From Eledone cirrhosa (taxonomy: Eukaryota): a stretch of 64,000 bases of DNA. Both the position numbers and the translations under genes were made by a program. This document shows, one piece after another, positions 26,950 to 39,300 of this stretch. Positions within the stretch are counted from its first letter, which is position 1; the number at the start of each line of letters is the position of its first letter. The notes under the pieces are model-generated. The model had not been told where the DNA came from and searched no databases. It was given only the letters and a program-made list of their open reading frames with translations. The stretch is taken from the NCBI GenBank assembly GCA_964016885.1, contig OZ024744.1:113212001-113276000 (forward strand), read 5' to 3'.

Positions 26950-28975
26950 AGGATAAGGAAGCTAGGTGTAAAAGACTTAAATACAAGAATTGCAGGAGCT
27001 GGTGCAGCAATGCACTAAATTCAGCAATCATACATCAGGATAAGGAAGCTAGGTGTAAAAGACTTAAATACAAGAATTGCAGGAGCTGGTGCAGCAATGC
27101 ACTAAATTCAGCAATCATACATCAGAAGAAGGGAGGAAGGTGTAAAAGTCTTAAATACAAGAATTGCAGGAGCTGGTGCAGCAATGCACTAAATTCAGCA
27201 ATCATACATCAGAAGAAGGAAGGAAGGTGTAAAAGACTTAAATACAAGAATTGCAGGAGCTGGTGCAGCAATGCACTAAATTCAGCAATCATACATCAGA
27301 AGAAGGGAGGAAGGTGTAAAAGTTTTAAATACAAGAATTGCAGGAGCTGGTGCAGCAATGCACTAAATTCAGCAATCATACATCAGAAGAAGGAAGGAAG
27401 GTGTAAAAGACTTAAATACAAGAATTGCAGGAGCTGGTGCAGCAATGCACTAAATTCAGCAATCATACATCAGAAGAAGGAAGGAAGGTGTAAAAGTCTT
27501 AAATACAAGAATTGCAGGAGCTGGTGCAGCAATGCACTAAATTCAGCAATCATACATCAGAAGAAGGGAGGAAGGTGTAAAAGTCTTAAATACAAGAATT
27601 GCAGGAGCTGGTGCAGCAATGCACTAAATTCAGCAATCATACATCAGGATAAGGAAGCTAGGTGTAAAAGACTTAAATACAAGAATTGCAGGAGCTGGTG
27701 CAGCAATGCACTAAATTCAGCAATCATACATCAGAAGAAGGAAGGAAGGTGTAAAAGACTTAAATACAAGAATTGCAGGAGCTGGTGCAGTAATGCACTA
27801 AATTCAGCAATCATACATCAGAAGAAGGGAGGAAGGTGTAAAAGTTTTAAATACAAGAATTGCAGGAGCTGGTGCAGCAATGCACTAAATTCAGCAATCA
27901 TACATCAGAAGAAGGGAGGAAGGTGTAAAAGTTTTAAATACAAGAATTGCAGGAGCTGGTGCAGCAATGCACTAAATTCAGCAATCATACATCAGAAGAA
28001 GGGAGGAAGGTGTAAAAGTTTTAAATACAAGAATTGCAGGAGCTGGTGCAGCAATGCACTAAATTCAGCAATCATACATCAGAAGAAGGGAGGAAGGTGT
28101 AAAAGACTTAAATACAAGAATTGCAGGAGCTGGTGCAGCAATGCACTAAATTCAGCAATCATACATCAGAAGAAGGGAGGAAGGTGTAAAAGTTTTAAAT
28201 ACAAGAATTGCAGGAGCTGGTGCAGCAATGCACTAAATTCAGCAATCATACATCAGAAGGGAGGAAGGTGTAAAAGTTTTAAATACAAGAATTGCAGGAG
28301 CTGGTGCAGCAATGCACTAAATTCAGCAATCATACATCAGAAGAAGGGAGGAAGGTGTAAAAGACTTAAATACAAGAATTGCAGGAGCTGGTGCAGCAAT
28401 GCACTAAATTCAGCAATCATACATCAGAAGAAGGGAGGAAGGTGTAAAAGACTTAAATACAAGAATTGCAGGAGCTGGTGCAGCAATGCACTAAATTCAG
28501 CAATCATACATCAGAAGAAGGGAGAAAGGTGTAAAAGACTTAAATACAAGAATTGCAGGAGCTGGTGCAGCAATGCACTAAATTCAGCAATCATACACCA
28601 GAAGAAGGGAGGAAGGTGTAAAAGACTTAAATACAAGAATTGCAGGAGCTGGTGCAGCAATGCACTAAATTCAGCAATCATACATCAGAAGAAGGGAGGA
28701 AGGTGTAAAAGTCTTAAATACAAGAATTACAGGAGCTGGTGCAGCAATGCACTAAATTCAGCAATCATACATCAGAAGAAGGGAGGAAGGTGTAAAAGAC
28801 TTAAATACAAGAATTGCAGGAGCTGGTGCAGCAATGCACTAAATTCAGCAATCATACATCAGAAGAAGGGAGGAAGGTGTAAAAGACTTAAATACAAGAA
28901 TTGCAGGAACTGGTGCAGCAATGCACTAAATTCAGCAATCATACATCAGAAGAAGGGAGGTAGGTGTAAAAGCCA
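26950..28975 (+). repeat. 87-bp minisatellite, ~23 copies, derived from an RTE ORF2 fragment
   Basis: Period 87 (26981, 27068); one frame reads TRIAGAGAAMH*IQQSYIRRREVGVKAKLAIFNSVF, homologous to the reverse complement of 24360-24490. Confidence 0.92.
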
Positions 28976-29184
28976 AACTTGCTATCTTCAATTCAGTATT
29001 CGTGTAAAGATGGGTGACCTGGCAATTGGTATAGATAGATGAGCTTTGTGAAGCAATGAGCTTAACACAAGTAATACGTTATAATCATACTTTTATTGTA
29101 CATTGTCTCCTGCTAATATGGGTAGAATGATGCTGTAAATGTTTGATTGAAATAATTACTAGAATATGTATTTTTACAATGGGA

Positions 29185-29740
29185 TATTTTTAACACTGTG
29201 GCCTTGCTCAATATGTAGAAAAGGAGTAGATACAAACTCTATACAATGTATGCAATGTAAATGTTGGGTACACAAGAGGTTTAGTGGGAAAACAGGCAGA
29301 CTAAACTGGAAAGAAAAATTTTGTATGTAGAAGATGTACAGGGTCAATTGATAGTAAGAGTGCCAATTATAATAAAATACAAAATAATAAATCTTTTCCA
29401 ATCCTAGGAAGGATCCACAGAAGTAGTTGATAGCTTCTGCTACCTAGGTGACCTAATTAGCAGTGAAGGAGGGATGCTCTGAGAACATAGTAGTTAGAAT
29501 AAGGATATGATGGAAAAAGTTTAAGGCACTACCACCTCTGTTGACAACAAAAGGTATCTCCCTATGAACGAAAAGCTGGCTGTATGACACCCGCGTGTAA
29601 TATGTGATGTTACATGTTGAGGCATGGGCAGTGAATGTAGAAAGTATGTGAAGGGTGGAGAGAAATGGAGTATGCTCTGATGGGCATACAATATTGTGCG
29701 TGAACGACAAAGCATGGATGAACTGAGAGAAAATATCTCT
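29185..29740 (+). mobile_element. Degenerate RTE LINE fragment
   Basis: tggccttgctcaatatgtagaaaaggagtag (cf. 12371), gaagtagttgatagcttctgctacctaggtgac (EVVDSFCYLGD). Confidence 0.75.
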
Positions 29741-30026
29741 GAATGGGATTGAAACCAGGACTGTTATTGTGAAGTAAATATTCTTAACCATTCAACTATC
29801 TCTGTGATATATTTGGTAATGTGGTTATGGTTACCTTTAGAAATACTGCATGGTTCCATCAGATCAAGGAGGATATATAGAGCTCCTGTTGTAGTTTAAC
29901 AACCCTACAACCATAACAATTTCAACTTCTAACCTTTTTGTGGACTTCTGCATATCCTTTTATGAGTATAGACCCGTCACAAATGGAAGTCACAGTAATA
30001 CATATTCAATTTAATAATTCCTTGAT

Positions 30027-30418
30027 TACAACATTTTATGTAAAGATGCTTGAATCCTTGATTGTCTCTGACCTTCTCCCTCATGTCACACCAGCCATTG
30101 CTGTATTTCACTCATACCTTTGTTTAGCAGATTTTCTATGGCTGGACGCCCTATCACCAATAACTTTACAGAGTGTACTGGGTGGTTGTTTATTGATAAA
30201 CACTAGACAGGTTTACATATCTTTGGCACAACTGAAGAGCTTTCCTCACCCATTATAGAATCTTTCATTGAATTTAATTATAAATGTAAATATTTAGGTC
30301 AGAAAATCTCCATATTAACAAACAGCAAGATTAAAATGCATTATTAACGAGATCCACTGATATTTCTCATTTAAAATAATCTAAAACTTTGATCAAATTT
30401 CTGGTAGGTATTTATTAT
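30027..30418. repeat. Block B', inverted copy of 20491-20870
   Basis: Reverse-complement match with scattered substitutions and a ~12-bp indel near 30051. Confidence 0.9.
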
Positions 30419-30639
30419 CAACCATATATACACTAAACTATATTGATATGCAGACAGACAGATAGATAGGCAGGTTGGCAAACACAGCTGTATTTAGTGT
30501 CCAAAATAGGTATGTGAATAGGTACATAAGTAACTGCTATATGATCACTGGACATCTTGTCAACACTATGTGAAAGGGATAGGTAGGGAAGAAGATATCG
30601 AATTATCATTTCCTTGTCAAAGTTATCAAATACTCTTGT

Positions 30640-30920
30640 GTGTAGCTGTAACATGATAATAGGACTGGGGCCCCTATCATTAAAACATCCAAGAAACCTA
30701 TGAGATACAACCTTGTAGGAGACCATCTAAACCTACACTGGTGTGAGATGTAACAACATGATAGGACTGGGGTCCCTATCATTAAAACACCCAAGAAACC
30801 TCCTATGAGATACAACCTTGTAGGAGACCATCTAAACCTACATAGATGTGATATGTAACAACATGATAGGACTGGGGCCCCTATCATTAAAACACTCAAG
30901 AAACCTATGATACAACCTCG
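30640..30920. repeat. ~103-bp tandem repeat (~2.7 copies) containing a SINE-derived hairpin
   Basis: atgataggactggggtccctatcat occurs three times and matches the hairpin in SINE family 2 (16266-16291). Confidence 0.8.
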
Positions 30921-31211
30921 TGGGAAGCCAGTTAAATGAAGTGTGACTTATACACAAGTACATAATACTAGAAAACTGTCCCTCTACACCATAACAACTC
31001 CCTACCAGGCTAAATATTTTCTACATAGAACAATTAATTTTAGGATCCATACACGTAATGTATTATGCTACTTTAGATTTCAAGGCATAGGTGTGGCAGA
31101 ATGCATCACAGTGCTGCAACGTATAGGCCTAATTCATCCTCTCTTGTGGAAAGAGGGAATAACCCAAATAGTATGTTGATCGGTTTCTAAAAGAGGTGAC
31201 TCTTATATAAT

Positions 31212-31400
31212 AATTGTTTCTACTTTTGGCACAAGGCCAGCAATTATCCAGTGCATTACTGGTACTTTATTTTATCAACCCCGTAAGGATGAAAGGCAAA
31301 GTAAACCTCGGCGGGATTTGAACTCAGAATGGCAAGGACCGTAACTCTATGCGTCAAAGCATGGCGTCCGACCCTCTACTGATACTGCCAATCCATCGCC
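31212..31400 (-). mobile_element. tRNA-derived SINE family 1, full copy
   Basis: Colinear with 3484-3670 including A/B boxes. Confidence 0.85.
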
Positions 31401-32621
31401 TTATATGATATGACTTATACAATATGACTCATATAATAATGCAAATTGCTGTGATTTTGTGTTAGTGTTAACTGATATTGCAGTGTTAGATATGGAAAAA
31501 AGTGACATGCAGATTAGTGTTAGTTTGTTGAAATTATGGTAAATGTAGTTCTTCTGTTTGTGATGACAAGCTATCTGGACCATAGTTTTTCCATGATGAA
31601 AGTAGGTGTCTCTTCGGGTGTAAGAAGCCCTTAAAGACCTCATTCTTTGAGTGCAGGCATTTGTTCAGTGATTTCATTCCCTGAAGTATCCTGAATTTTT
31701 CAGTGAGCCTGGGGGGAAGATGTCTTTGTTCCTCTAATAGAACAATTAATAAAAAATTTAAAACAACAATGATTTAAAGTAATAATTGCAATTACTATCT
31801 TAATTTCTTAGCAAAAGGATTAAATAAAATAGGTTGTAGATTAACCTTAATCACCTGTCAAGACAACAGAATCTGATTTACTAAAACAAACAACTCAGCA
31901 AATAATAGAAGGGGACAGAGAGAGTATGATAGAGAAAAAGGGAAAGATTCTGATAGACATGGAGTGAGAAAGTTACACAAATTCCTATGTTTCATAACAA
32001 AAGACTAAATATGTCAAAACGGTATAGTTTATATGAAGTTTTGTGAGTTATGTAATATATAAGAATTGCTACAATGTAGATAGATATATAGAGATGGAAC
32101 TGGGGTAAAAGGTATGATAGAACCAGAAGTGGTTTGGCACCAAGAACGGTGTGTCAATTTTTATGTTACAGTGTGTGTGTGTGTGTGTGTGTGTACATGT
32201 GTGTGTATGGAAATACACTGTATGGTGCCCACCGGGGGTGAGAGACCCCTAGTTCTTCTTAGGACATCAGTCAAGGAAAAGGAAAACCCTGATGTAAAAC
32301 CTGCTACTTGATGGCAGCCAATGATGTTGACCTGTTCTTCTTTGTGAATACCTGTCACCATGGTTCAGAGAGTAGGATTGGTCCAGTGCAAGGCCTTTCT
32401 TCATTTTAAAAAAAAACTTCAATTACAGACATCACTTGATCTAAACATTTTATATGTATGAATCAGCAATACCCAAACACATAACATTGACTCATCATCT
32501 CATACACAGAAGATAATTTAATTTTAAAGGAGCATTCACTGCATATTTATGGAATGAAAAGGTGTTTTTAAATAATTGCACCCATCATTTAATAGACTGT
32601 CAGACTGCTGTAGATTTATAC

Positions 32622-33145
32622 TGATGATGGTATTGGTGGTGGTGGTGGTGGGAGTGGTGATGTTGGTGGTAGTGTTGGTGGTAGTGTTGGTGGTAGTGGT
32701 GGTATTGAATGGTAGTGTTGGTGATGGCAATGGTAGTGGTGGTGGTGGCAATAGTAGTGGTGGTGGTGGCAATAGTAGTGGTGGTGGTGGCAATACTAGT
32801 GGTGGTGGTGGCAATAGTAGTGGTTGTGGTGGCAATAGTAGTAGTGGTGGTGGCAATAGTAGTGGTTGTGGTGGCAATAGTAGTGGTGGTAGTGATGGTA
32901 GTGGTGGTAGTGATGGTAGTGATGGTGGTGATGGTAGTGATGGTGGTGATGGTAGTGATGGTGGTGATGGTAGTGATGGTAGTGATGGTGGTGATGGTAG
33001 TGATGGTGGTGATGGTAGTGATGGTAGTGATGGTGGTGATGGTGGTGATGGTGGTGATGGTAGTGATTTTGGTGGTGGTATTGGGAGTGGTGATGGTGAT
33101 GGCAGTAATGTTGATGGTGGTGAGGGTAATAATAGTAATGTAGTG
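32622..33145. repeat. Trinucleotide low-complexity tract (GGT/AGT/GAT with 18-21 bp super-periods)
   Basis: Visible triplet repeats; homopolymeric ORFs in several frames. Confidence 0.95.
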
Positions 33146-33314
33146 ACACATGGTGACCCCAATGTTATGGGCCCAGACAATGTGGGAGAGTTCTTTATGT
33201 CATGCAGGATCCCAGGAGTGAGCCACTTTGTGGTTCCAGCAGAGGAGAGAATAGAATGTTTCTTATAAGAATGGCAAAAGATACACATTGGAAGAGCCAT
33301 TCCTACTGGTGAGG

Positions 33315-36300
33315 CTTACTCCTGTAGGTAGACAACACCACCCCAGTAGCAGTGAGTAGGGAGGTGGTCTGGAGACCAAGAACACCAGAACTCTCCACTG
33401 TTACAGGTTTAACAAGACAGTCCACTTCATGAGGCTCACTCCTGTAAGTAGCCAACACCACCCCAGTAGCAGTGAGTAGGGAGGTGGTCTGGAGACCAAG
33501 AACACCAGAAGTCTCCACTGTTACAGGTTTAACAAGACAGTCCACTTCATGTGGCTCACTCCTGTAGGTAGCCAACACCACCCCAGTAGCAGTGAGTAGG
33601 GAGGTGGTCTGGAGACCAAGAACACCAGAAGTCTCCACTGTTACAGGTTTAACAAGACAGTCCACTTCATGAGGCTCACTCCTGTAGGTAGCTAACACCA
33701 CCCCAGTAGCAGTGAGTAGGGAGGTGGTCTGGAGACCAAGAACACCAGAAGTCTCCACTGTTACAGGTTTAACAAGACAGTCCACTTCATGTGACTCACT
33801 CCTGTAAGTAGCCAACACCACCCCAGTAGCAGTGAGTAGGGAGGTGGTCTGGAGACCAAGAACACCAGAAGTCTCCACTGTTACAGGTTTAACAAGACAG
33901 TCCACTTCATGTGACTCACTCCTGTAAGTAGCCAACACCACCCCAGTAGCAGTGAGTAGGGAGGTGGTCTGGAGACCAAGAACACCAGAACTCTCCACTG
34001 TTACAGGTTTAACAAGACAGTCCACTTCATGTGACTCACTCCTGTAGGTAGCCAACACCACCCCAGTAGCAGTGAGTAGGGAGGTGGTCTGGAGACCAAG
34101 AACACCAGAAGTCTCTACTGTTACAGGTTTAACAAGACAGTCCACTTCATGTGGCTCACTCCTGTAGGTAGCCAACACCACCCCAGTAGCAGTGAGTAGG
34201 GAGGTGGTCTGGAGACCAAGAACACCAGAAGTCTCCACTGTTACAGGTTTAACAAGACAGTCCACTTCATGTGGCTCACTCCTGTAGGTAGCCAACACCA
34301 CCCCAGTAGCAGTGAGTAGGGAGGTGGTCTGGAGACCAAGAACACCAGAAGTCTCCACTGTTACAGGTTTAACAAGACAGTCCACTTCATGTGACTCACT
34401 CCTGTAGGTAGCCAACACCACCCCAGTAGCAGTGAGTAGGGAGGTGGTCTGGAGACCAAGAACACCAGAAGTCTCTACTGTTACAGGTTTAACAAGACAG
34501 TCCACTTCATGTGACTCACTCCTGTAGGTAGCCAACACCACCCCAGTAGCAGTGAGTGGGGAGGTGGTCTGGAGACCAAGAACACCAGAAGTCTCTACTG
34601 TTACAGGTTTAACAAGACAGTCCACTTCATGTGGCTCACTCCTGTAAGTAGCCAACACCACCCCAGTAGCAGTGAGTAGGGAGGTGGTCTGGAGATCCAG
34701 AACACCAGAAGTCTCCACTGTTAGAGGTTTAACAAGACAGTCCACTTCATGTGACTCACTCCTGTAGGTAGCCAACACCACCCCAGTAGCAGTGAGTAGG
34801 GAGGTGGTCTGGAGACCAAGAACACCAGAAGTCTCTACTGTTACAGGTTTAACAAGACAGTCCACTTCATGTGACTCACTCCTGTAGGTAGCCAACACCA
34901 CCCCAGTAGCAGTGAGTAGGGAGGTGGTCTGGAGAACAAGAACACCAGAACTCTCCACTGTTACAGGTTTAACAAGACAGTCCACTTCATGTGACTTACT
35001 CCTGTAGGTAGCCAACACCACCCCAGTAGCAGTGAGTAGGGAGGTGGTCTGGAGACCAAGAACACCAGAAGTCTCTACTGTTACAGGTTTAACAAGACAG
35101 TCCACTTCATGTGGCTCACTCCTGTAGGTAGCCAACACCACCCCAGTAGCAGTGAGTAGGGAGGTGGTCTGGAGACCAAGAACACCAGAAGTCTCCACTG
35201 TTACAGGTTTAACAAGACAGTCCACTTCATGTGACTCACTCCTGTAGGTAGCCAACACCACCCCAGTAGCAGTGAGTAGGGAGGTTGTCTGGAGACCAAG
35301 AACACCAGAACTCTCCACTGTTACAGGTTTAACAAGACAGTCCACTTCATGTGACTCACTCCTGTAGGTAGCCAACACCACCCCAGTAGCAGTGAGTAGG
35401 GAGGTGGTCTGGAGACCAAGAACACCAGAAGTCTCCACTGTTACAGGTTTAACAAGACAGTTCACTTCATGTGGCTCACTCCTGTAGGTAGCCAACACCA
35501 CCCCAGTAGCAGTGAGTAGGGAGGTGGTCTGGAGACCAAGAACACCAGAAGTCTCCACTGTTACAGGTTTAACAAGACAGTCCACTTCATGTGACTCACT
35601 CCTGTAGGTAGCCAACACCACCCCAGTAGCAGTGAGTAGGGAGGTGGTCTGGAGACCAAGAACACCAGAAGTCTCCACTGTTACAGGTTTAACAAGACAG
35701 TCCACTTCATGTGGCTCACTCCTGTAGGTAGCCAACACCACCCCAGTAGCAGTGAGTAGGGAGGTTGTCTGGAGACCAAGAACACCAGAACTCTCCACTG
35801 TTACAGGTTTAACAAGACAGTCCACTTCATGTGACTCACTCCTGTAGGTAGCCAACACCACCCCAGTAGCAGTGAGTAGGGAGGTTGTCTGGAGACCAAG
35901 AACACCAGAACTCTCCACTGTTACAGGTTTAACAAGACAGTCCACTTCATGTGACTCACTCCTGTAGGTAGCCAACACCACCCCAGTAGCAGTGAGTAGG
36001 GAGGTGGTCTGGAGACCAAGAACACCAGAAGTCTCCACTGTTAGAGGTTTAACAAGACAGTCCACTTCATGAGGCTCACTCCTGTAGGTAGCCAACACCA
36101 CCCCAGTAGCAGTGAGTAGGGAGGTGGTCTGGAGACCAAGAACACCAGAAGTCTCTACTGTTACAGGTTTAACAAGACAGTCCACTTCATGTGGCTCACT
36201 CCTGTAGGTAGCCAACACCACCCCAGTAGCAGTGAGTAGGGAGGTGGTCTGGAGACCAAGAACACCAGAAGTCTCCACTGTTACAGGTTTAACAAGACAG

Positions 36301-39300
36301 TCCACTTCATGAGGCTCACTCCTGTAGGTAGCTAACACCACCCCAGTAGCAGTGAGTAAGGAGGTGGTCTGGAGACCAAGAACACCAGAAGTCTCCACTG
36401 TTACAGGTTTAACAAGACAGTCCACTTCATGTGACTCACTCCTGTAAGTAGCCAACACCACCCCAGTAGCAGTGAGTAGGGAGGTGGTCTGGAGACCAAG
36501 AACACCAGAAGTCTCCACTGTTACAGGTTTAACAAGACAGTCCACTTCATGTGACTCACTCCTGTAAGTAGCCAACACCACCCCAGTAGCAGTGAGTAGG
36601 GAGGTGGTCTGGAGACCAAGAACACCAGAACTCTCCACTGTTACAGGTTTAACAAGACAGTCCACTTCATGTGACTCACTCCTGTAGGTAGCCAACACCA
36701 CCCCAGTAGCAGTGAGTAGGGAGGTGGTCTGGAGACCAAGAACACCAGAAGTCTCTACTGTTACAGGTTTAACAAGACAGTCCACTTCATGTGGCTCACT
36801 CCTGTAGGTAGCCAACACCACCCCAGTAGCAGTGAGTAGGGAGGTGGTCTGGAGACCAAGAACACCAGAAGTCTCCACTGTTACAGGTTTAACAAGACAG
36901 TCCACTTCATGTGGCTCACTCCTGTAGGTAGCCAACACCACCCCAGTAGCAGTGAGTAGGGAGGTGGTCTGGAGACCAAGAACACCAGAAGTCTCCACTG
37001 TTACAGGTTTAACAAGACAGTCCACTTCATGTGACTCACTCCTGTAGGTAGCCAACACCACCCCAGTAGCAGTGAGTAGGGAGGTGGTCTGGAGACCAAG
37101 AACACCAGAAGTCTCTACTGTTACAGGTTTAACAAGACAGTCCACTTCATGTGACTCACTCCTGTAGGTAGCCAACACCACCCCAGTAGCAGTGAGTGGG
37201 GAGGTGGTCTGGAGACCAAGAACACCAGAAGTCTCTACTGTTACAGGTTTAACAAGACAGTCCACTTCATGTGGCTCACTCCTGTAAGTAGCCAACACCA
37301 CCCCAGTAGCAGTGAGTAGGGAGGTGGTCTGGAGATCCAGAACACCAGAAGTCTCCACTGTTAGAGGTTTAACAAGACAGTCCACTTCATGTGACTCACT
37401 CCTGTAGGTAGCCAACACCACCCCAGTAGCAGTGAGTAGGGAGGTGGTCTGGAGACCAAGAACACCAGAAGTCTCTACTGTTACAGGTTTAACAAGACAG
37501 TCCACTTCATGTGACTCACTCCTGTAGGTAGCCAACACCACCCCAGTAGCAGTGAGTAGGGAGGTGGTCTGGAGAACAAGAACACCAGAACTCTCCACTG
37601 TTACAGGTTTAACAAGACAGTCCACTTCATGTGACTTACTCCTGTAGGTAGCCAACACCACCCCAGTAGCAGTGAGTAGGGAGGTGGTCTGGAGACCAAG
37701 AACACCAGAAGTCTCTACTGTTACAGGTTTAACAAGACAGTCCACTTCATGTGGCTCACTCCTGTAGGTAGCCAACACCACCCCAGTAGCAGTGAGTAGG
37801 GAGGTGGTCTGGAGACCAAGAACACCAGAAGTCTCCACTGTTACAGGTTTAACAAGACAGTCCACTTCATGTGACTCACTCCTGTAGGTAGCCAACACCA
37901 CCCCAGTAGCAGTGAGTAGGGAGGTTGTCTGGAGACCAAGAACACCAGAACTCTCCACTGTTACAGGTTTAACAAGACAGTCCACTTCATGTGACTCACT
38001 CCTGTAGGTAGCCAACACCACCCCAGTAGCAGTGAGTAGGGAGGTGGTCTGGAGACCAAGAACACCAGAAGTCTCCACTGTTACAGGTTTAACAAGACAG
38101 TTCACTTCATGTGGCTCACTCCTGTAGGTAGCCAACACCACCCCAGTAGCAGTGAGTAGGGAGGTGGTCTGGAGACCAAGAACACCAGAAGTCTCCACTG
38201 TTACAGGTTTAACAAGACAGTCCACTTCATGTGACTCACTCCTGTAGGTAGCCAACACCACCCCAGTAGCAGTGAGTAGGGAGGTGGTCTGGAGACCAAG
38301 AACACCAGAAGTCTCCACTGTTACAGGTTTAACAAGACAGTCCACTTCATGTGGCTCACTCCTGTAGGTAGCCAACACCACCCCAGTAGCAGTGAGTAGG
38401 GAGGTTGTCTGGAGACCAAGAACACCAGAACTCTCCACTGTTACAGGTTTAACAAGACAGTCCACTTCATGTGACTCACTCCTGTAGGTAGCCAACACCA
38501 CCCCAGTAGCAGTGAGTAGGGAGGTTGTCTGGAGACCAAGAACACCAGAACTCTCCACTGTTACAGGTTTAACAAGACAGTCCACTTCATGTGACTCACT
38601 CCTGTAGGTAGCCAACACCACCCCAGTAGCAGTGAGTAGGGAGTTTAACAAGACAGTCCACGTTCATGTGACTCACTCCTGTAGGTAGCCAACACCACCC
38701 CAGTAGCAGTGAGTAGGGATGGTGGTTCTGGAGACCAAGAACAGACCCAGATAAGTCTCCACTGTTACAGGTTTAACAAGACAGTCCACTTCATGTGACT
38801 CACTCCTGTAGGGGTAAGCCAACACCACCAGCCAGTAGCAGTGAGTAGGGGGAGGGATGTGTCTGGAGACCCAAGAACACCAGAAGTCTCCACTGTTACA
38901 GGTTTTAACAAGACAGTCCACTTCATGTGACTCACTCCTGTAGGTAGCCAACACTCACCCCAGTAGCAGTGAGTAGGTGAGAGGTGGTCTGGAGACCAAG
39001 AACACCAGAACTCTCCACTGTTACAGGTTTAACAAGGACAGTCCACTTCATGTGACTCACTCCTGTAGGTAGCCAACACCACCCCAGTAGCAGTGAGTAG
39101 GGAGGTGGTCTGGAGACCAAGAACACCAGAAGTCTCCACTGTTACAGGTTTAACAAGACAGTCCACTTCATGTGACTCACTCCTGTAGGTAGCCAACACC
39201 ACCCCAGTAGCAGTGAGTAGGGAGGTGGTCTGGAGACCAAGAACACCAGAAGCTCTCCACTGTTACAGGTTTAACAAGACAGTCCACTTCATGTGACTCA

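Noticed and set aside
32536-33300. Gly/Ser-, Pro-, Thr-, His- and Val-rich ORFs
   Set aside because: Open in most frames because of triplet repeats; no supporting splice or start context.
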